A stretch of DNA of 63,961 bases, counting the filler, from a bacterium (lineage in GTDB: Bacteria > UBA9089 > CG2-30-40-21 > SBAY01): assembly GCA_040757115.1 (NCBI GenBank). It is 8 parts of 8 records of this genome, joined end to end, with 100 filler letters (N's around TTAATTAATTAA, not from the genome) between each part and the next. Parts side by side here need not be neighbours in the genome. Positions count along the whole stretch, not along the records: positions 58,095 to 63,961 come from JBFLYA010000227.1; 7 more parts are not named here. One strand, written 5' to 3'. Shown piece after piece: positions 59,160 through 63,961 of this stretch. Positions within the stretch are counted from its first letter, which is position 1. Each line of letters starts with the position of its first letter. The translations under genes were made by a program, and so were the position numbers. The notes below the pieces were generated by a model, which saw only the letters and a list, made by a program, of their open reading frames with translations, made no database searches and had not been told where the DNA came from.

Positions 59160-60704
59160 ATGGAAAATGAATTTGTAAAGTGTATGAAGCAATTGTCTGT
59201 TTTGGCTAATCAAATTGAAAATGGTAATGCGGAAAATTTATATAGATACGAAGATATACGAGATATAGCGAAAAAAATAGCCCAGATGGTAGATGCCAGA
59301 GATGCGTATAATCAAGGGCATTCTGAGAGAAAAGCATACTATGCCGCCTCAATTGCTCAAGAACTGGGATTTAAAAATATAGAAATCGAAATCATAAAAA
59401 TATCTACTTTACTCCATGATATTGGAAAAATTGCTATTGGTGAAAAGGTATTGCAAAAACCAGGCAAGTTAGATAATATAGAATTTAACAACATTAAAAA
59501 ACACCCGCTTATTAGCGAACGAATTCTCACGCCAGTAGGACTTCCAGGACAACTCCTATCAGCCATTCGCTATCATCATGAATCACCTAATGGAAAAGGA
59601 TATCCAGATGGTCTTTGTCAGGATGAGATTCCGATGGAGGCAAGTATTATTAAGGTTGTAGATGCTTTTAGCGCTATGATTTCAAATAGACCTTATAGAC
59701 AGGCATTATCTTTTCAAGAGGCGATAAATCAATTGAAACAATCTGCGGGCGCAGAATTTGATGCTAATATAGTCGAGGTGTTTCAACAAATCATAGAATT
59801 AGAAGAAACAAGAAGAAATAAAACAAAAACTCCAGATAAAAAAATATTAATAGGAGATGGAGAACCGTTAAATGCCAATTTGCTTGTCTATGGTTTAGAA
59901 AAAGATGGATTTGAGACAATTTGTGCCCATAGCGGAGAGGATGTTCTGGAAAAAGTATATCATACTTATCCAAACCTTATACTTTTAAATGCCTGTTTAC
60001 CAGATATATTAATTATTATCCGAAGGCTTAAAAATGACCCACGCTCTGGACACATCCCCATCATTACCTTTGGGGCAAAAACGACAGAGCAAGAAATTAA
60101 GATTTTAGAAAGTGGAGCAAATGGACATATAACTGATATATTTGAGTCTAAAAAAGTATCTTCACAACTCAATGCCTACCTGCGAAGGACAGACTATGAA
60201 AAATCACTTGACCCATTAACCGGCCTGCCTGGCAATTTCTTTATTAAAGAAGAGATTAAGGAAAGAATAAATCAACCTGAAAAATTTGCTATATTATATC
60301 TTGATATAGATAATTTAAAGGCAGTTAATAAAACCTATGGTTTTTTTCAAGGAGATGAGGTAATTAAATTAACGGCTAAAATCATCACTGAAACTATTAA
60401 AAATATTGGTAATCCAACTGATTTTATTGGACATTGTAGCGGAGACGAATTTACCGTTATTACCTCTGTATCTAACTGGGAGAAAATCGCTCATCAGATA
60501 ATTTCTACCTTTGATGATGAAATTAAATCTGCATATCCACCTGAATCTTTTTCCACCCATCCTATCCTGACTATCTCTATTGGAATAGTTACCAATGAGA
60601 AGATAGAGATAAATAATTATTTTCAAGCCCACGCCTTAGCCTTAAAGGCAATAGAAGAGGCTAAATCCTTACCGGGCAGTTCCTACTATTTTGTCAAATC
60701 GTAA
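59160..60704 (+). CDS. HD-GYP / REC-like / GGDEF signalling protein
   Basis: HDIGK, HHE..NGKGYP, degenerate REC, DPLTGLP, SGDEF; promoter at 59048-59077. Confidence 0.88.
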   Translation: MENEFVKCMKQLSVLANQIENGNAENLYRYEDIRDIAKKIAQMVDARDAYNQGHSERKAYYAASIAQELGFKNIEIEIIKISTLLHDIGKIAIGEKVLQKPGKLDNIEFNNIKKHPLISERILTPVGLPGQLLSAIRYHHESPNGKGYPDGLCQDEIPMEASIIKVVDAFSAMISNRPYRQALSFQEAINQLKQSAGAEFDANIVEVFQQIIELEETRRNKTKTPDKKILIGDGEPLNANLLVYGLEKDGFETICAHSGEDVLEKVYHTYPNLILLNACLPDILIIIRRLKNDPRSGHIPIITFGAKTTEQEIKILESGANGHITDIFESKKVSSQLNAYLRRTDYEKSLDPLTGLPGNFFIKEEIKERINQPEKFAILYLDIDNLKAVNKTYGFFQGDEVIKLTAKIITETIKNIGNPTDFIGHCSGDEFTVITSVSNWEKIAHQIISTFDDEIKSAYPPESFSTHPILTISIGIVTNEKIEINNYFQAHALALKAIEEAKSLPGSSYYFVKS

Positions 60705-60956
60705 CTATTTACTCAAGTAAAGTGTAACAAAGGAAAAAGGGGAAATGAAGAAAAATAGGAAAGGAAGGAGTATTTGGGTTATGGTTAGGAAATCAGTAGG
60801 GAAGTTGGGTTAAGAAGTTAGTGAAGGAAAAGACTAATTTCCTAATCCCTACGACCAAACAAGCATTTTAACCATCATCTATTTCTTTTCCCTTTTTCCC
60901 AGTTTTTCCATTTTTCCTTATGGACACCTTCAGATGGTTAAAGTGTTAAACTATTC

Positions 60957-61098
60957 GGAACGGTTCATTTTATCGTTTTCCCTATGATTTTTGTTGGAAA
61001 TTAGAAATTAGAAATTGGGCTTTTGTCTCTCTCCCTAATTTCCAAATTCCAATTTCTAATTTCAATCCGCAAGATTTCAAACAAAAGTGAACCGTCCC
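60957..61098. mobile_element. MITE with GG.ACGGTTCA.TTTT TIR and ATTAGAA 7-mer arms
   Basis: Inverted ends seen directly. Confidence 0.65.
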
Positions 61099-61184
61099 TA
61101 TATGTCAATATTTGAGCTTCATGAATTCGATAATTCATCGAATTTCACTTCGTGCTCTCCGTGCCCTTCGTGGTGAATAGTTAC
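61099..61184 (-). pseudogene. GxxExxY remnant, near-identical to 38278-38363
   Basis: KFDELSN/IHEAQILTY with GTAACTATTCA end. Confidence 0.8.
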
Positions 61185-61354
61185 GGTCTTAATAGGTATT
61201 GCAATAGCTATCTGTACCTATTTAATTGCTATTTATCTGGAAAAGGAGACCTAAAATGTACGCTGTACTTATTGGAGGAATAGCGATAATTATTTTTGGG
61301 CTGATCTTTCTTTATATTGATTATAAAGCAAGACATCCTAAACTACATTGTTAA

Positions 61355-62575
61355 TTACCTGATCACCACCACTCTCCCCGTCACCTTCTCATTTCTATCA
61401 TTGGTGATAAGATAGATATATACCCCACTGGCACATGAATTACCGGCTTGATTAGTTCCATCCCAGTGAGCTTCATTAGTATCACCCGTTTTCTCATCTA
61501 CCAATTCACCAGCTAAATTAAATATCTTCAACTTCCAGTAAGAAGTAAGATTTTTAAAGGTAATATATTTACCTGAATGAACAGTAGTTGGTTTAAATGG
61601 ATTTGGATATACCTGGACATTGGATAAATTGGGTGCGACCAGACTACCAATAGCATAAATAGAAAAATGAGTGATATAAGCGGTTATACGATTATTGAAG
61701 GTATCTACTTCCTGATTAGAAGAGGCTAATTCCCAACCAGAACCTGTATAGTAAAATATCCGTAACCGACTTTCATCTAATCCTTTTACTTGCTCATCTG
61801 TGTAGCTTAAGGTAATACTTCCTTTTATCTCTAATTTAGTCGCTGGATTTGTTACCACATTAATTTCAATAACTACTGGATTTACATCTTGTGGTATATT
61901 AGGTGGCACAGATGGAGGAATAGTAACTTTTGTTATTTCTACATACGCATCCTGGTTAGGTGAATCTTTTTCAATTACTACTACTGTTTTTTCATCCTCT
62001 GATTTAATCACAATATCTTCATCAGAATCCTTTGGGATATTGGGTGTTTTTACCTCAAACAAATTACTTGTTCCTACCTTACCAGAACTCATCACCGTAA
62101 TAAATACATTTGTCCCCGTGCCATTAATCGTTACTGTCCCTTGCCATGTGCCGCTACCAAAGACAATTACTTTTGGAGTAATCGTTCCTGATATATTATG
62201 TAGAGTTAAAGTACCTGGATCATTATAATCAAATAAATTATTTCCTACATCTAATGCCTTTACTTTAACATTAAATGGTATACTTTCTGCTTTGGGTGAG
62301 GTAATATTATCAAATTCAAAATGGTCTAAAGTAGATATAGGTTTAGCATTTACTTTAACTTCATTGACATCAAAGAGGATAGCCTGGCTATTTATATCTA
62401 TCATCTTCGTCATTCGATATTTAGCCGGGTTAAAATCAAACTTAATGTCCGTTATTCCTGAATCCTTTACTTTAAATTCAATCTCAGCTAATATACAACT
62501 CTCAGATACCTTTCCTTCTAATAATCCACCGGCATAATCTACCGTGTCAACTCCAAATTGAGACTTAATCACCGG
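61355..62575 (-). pseudogene. C-terminal part of a large surface protein (partial cohesin-like, Ig-like, FlgD/T9SS-like CTD)
   Basis: LAEIEFKVK, THFSIYAI, VYPNPF..IFNLAGELV..WDG.N..G..ASGVYIY. Confidence 0.7.
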
Positions 62576-63559
62576 AAGATGGTGGGTCAATGATGACATA
62601 TCCTTCCATACTGCCATATTCGAAGATAGTGACAGTTCCTCCATAAGTAGTAATTGGAATAGGTTGATTATCGCTATCTTTAAGCACCGTCCAACGATTA
62701 TCAGGTTTATCAAAGACAAAGGAGATAGTAGCGGTGCCTGGTGCTTTAGCCTTAAATCTAACCCTGGCTAATATCCCTGAGCCATCTGCGGTATTAGTGG
62801 CAGGAACTAAAATTACACTATAGGCAATCTGTCCGCTATTATTAGTAGCACCGGCATAAAGTAATGATGCCTCTGGAGGAAAAGGTCCTTGAGTAATTTG
62901 TATGCCCTCTTCTACAGGATTATCACCTAATACCTCTAAACGATTATGGTCAAAGTCAAGGAAGACATCCAGTCCTGCCAAATTCACCACATCCTTTAAC
63001 CAGATATCTAAACCAAATTCATCCCCCTTAGTCACGATTTTACTCTCCGGCTTAATCTCTAAGCGAGTACTGCCTAATACATTAAAGAGGGCTTCCTCTT
63101 CTACCTGTGTCTTCATTCCCTTTGCAGTAACAGTCTTAGTCCCTCGTACCATTAAAGGAAAAGTAAAGGTAGTAGAAAAAGTCCCCGCATCACTAGCAAT
63201 AGAAGTAGCAATAGATCGAATAGTACCAAAATGTATGACTATATCCTCATTTATACCATAACCATTACCAGATAAAGTGATGATAGTGCCTACGGTCCCA
63301 GAGATTGGAGTAAGGATATAGATTCTTCCTCCTGTGATAAAGAACGAAATTGTAGATTTCCTACTACTGGTTAATCCCCAAGCTGTAATTGAAAGAGTGC
63401 CATAAGGTTGGGTGTCTATAGTAAATATGATATTAAATATACCTAATCCGTTCGTAGTAGCCGTGGCAATAGTAAAAGTTGTACCAAAGTCAATATGGAT
63501 AGGTTCTATTGAATAAAAGTATTCTCCTTTTATTGTAATTACCATCCCTATAATTCCAA
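62565..63559 (-). pseudogene. Middle part of the same surface protein (IPT/Ig-like repeats plus cohesin-like domain)
   Basis: PISGTVGTIITLSGNGY repeat, GSGILARVRFKAK; 5' side cut by a repeat element. Confidence 0.7.
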
Positions 63560-63685
63560 TAGGGCTTCACGAAATTCCCTCACCCAAATATATAGAAAAA
63601 ATTAGAGGTGGAGGACAGATATTCCCCCTTAATAAAGGGGGTTAGGGGGTTGTAAGTATATAAAGGGGGTTAGGGGGTTGTAAGT

Positions 63686-63808
63686 AAGAAGATTCATTAC
63701 AATCCGAAATTGAAAACTTACGCCAGAGAACTTAGAAAGCAAGGGGTTTTATCAGAAGTATTGCTTTGGAAGTATTTGAGAAGCAGAAAGATGAATGGCT
63801 ATCAGTTT
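63686..63808 (+). pseudogene. DUF559 endonuclease-domain protein, N-terminal fragment
   Basis: KIHYNPKLKTYARELRKQGVLSEVLLWKYLR..MNGYQF; ATG mutated to AAG relative to the 25046 copy. Confidence 0.8.
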
Positions 63809-63961
63809 ATTGTAATTACCATCCCTATAATTCCAATAGGGCTTCACGAAATTCCCTCACCCAAATATATAGAAAAGATTAGAGGTGGAGGACAGATATT
63901 CCCCCTTAATAAAGGGGGTTAGGGGGTTGTAAGTATATAAAGGGGGTTAGGGGGTTGTAAG

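Noticed and set aside
1-63961. Functional links between genes on different contigs and a firm taxonomic assignment
   Set aside because: Contigs are size-sorted, not ordered; no rRNA or marker analysis is possible by eye.

Overview
Low-GC diderm bacterial draft/MAG sequence (waaA, ExbB/TolQ, SurA-type PPIase). It consists of eight contigs (seven of about 8.1-8.3 kb in decreasing length, the last cut by the window end) joined by artificial 100-bp N/TTAATTAATTAA linkers, so gene order across linkers is meaningless. Housekeeping genes include nfeD-slipin-waaA-beta-galactosidase, nuoC/nuoD/nuoG-like, ispA, a rhomboid protease, a LysM-M23 peptidase, a polysaccharide cluster and tRNA-Asn. Main discoveries: (1) a minus-strand integron cassette array (six attC sites, 18717-24945, no intI visible) carrying a BsuBI/PstI-type RM pair, a PIN toxin-antitoxin pair, an EndoIII-like glycosylase and an unknown ORF; (2) a dense, nested population of non-autonomous TIR elements (at least 8 end types, several with perfect 8-bp target duplications) whose interiors are imperfect hairpins of 7-10-nt periodic repeats, often still holding internally deleted GxxExxY, four-helix-bundle or DUF559 genes; (3) a decayed serine-recombinase island at tRNA-Asn that retains an RM system; (4) a nuo operon interleaved with small accessory genes; (5) a gutted type III RM locus, a DprA/SLOG-like plus ART-like fusion, and a 1665-aa secreted protein with PEVK-like tandem repeats. 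All family calls come from motif recognition by eye; no searches were run.
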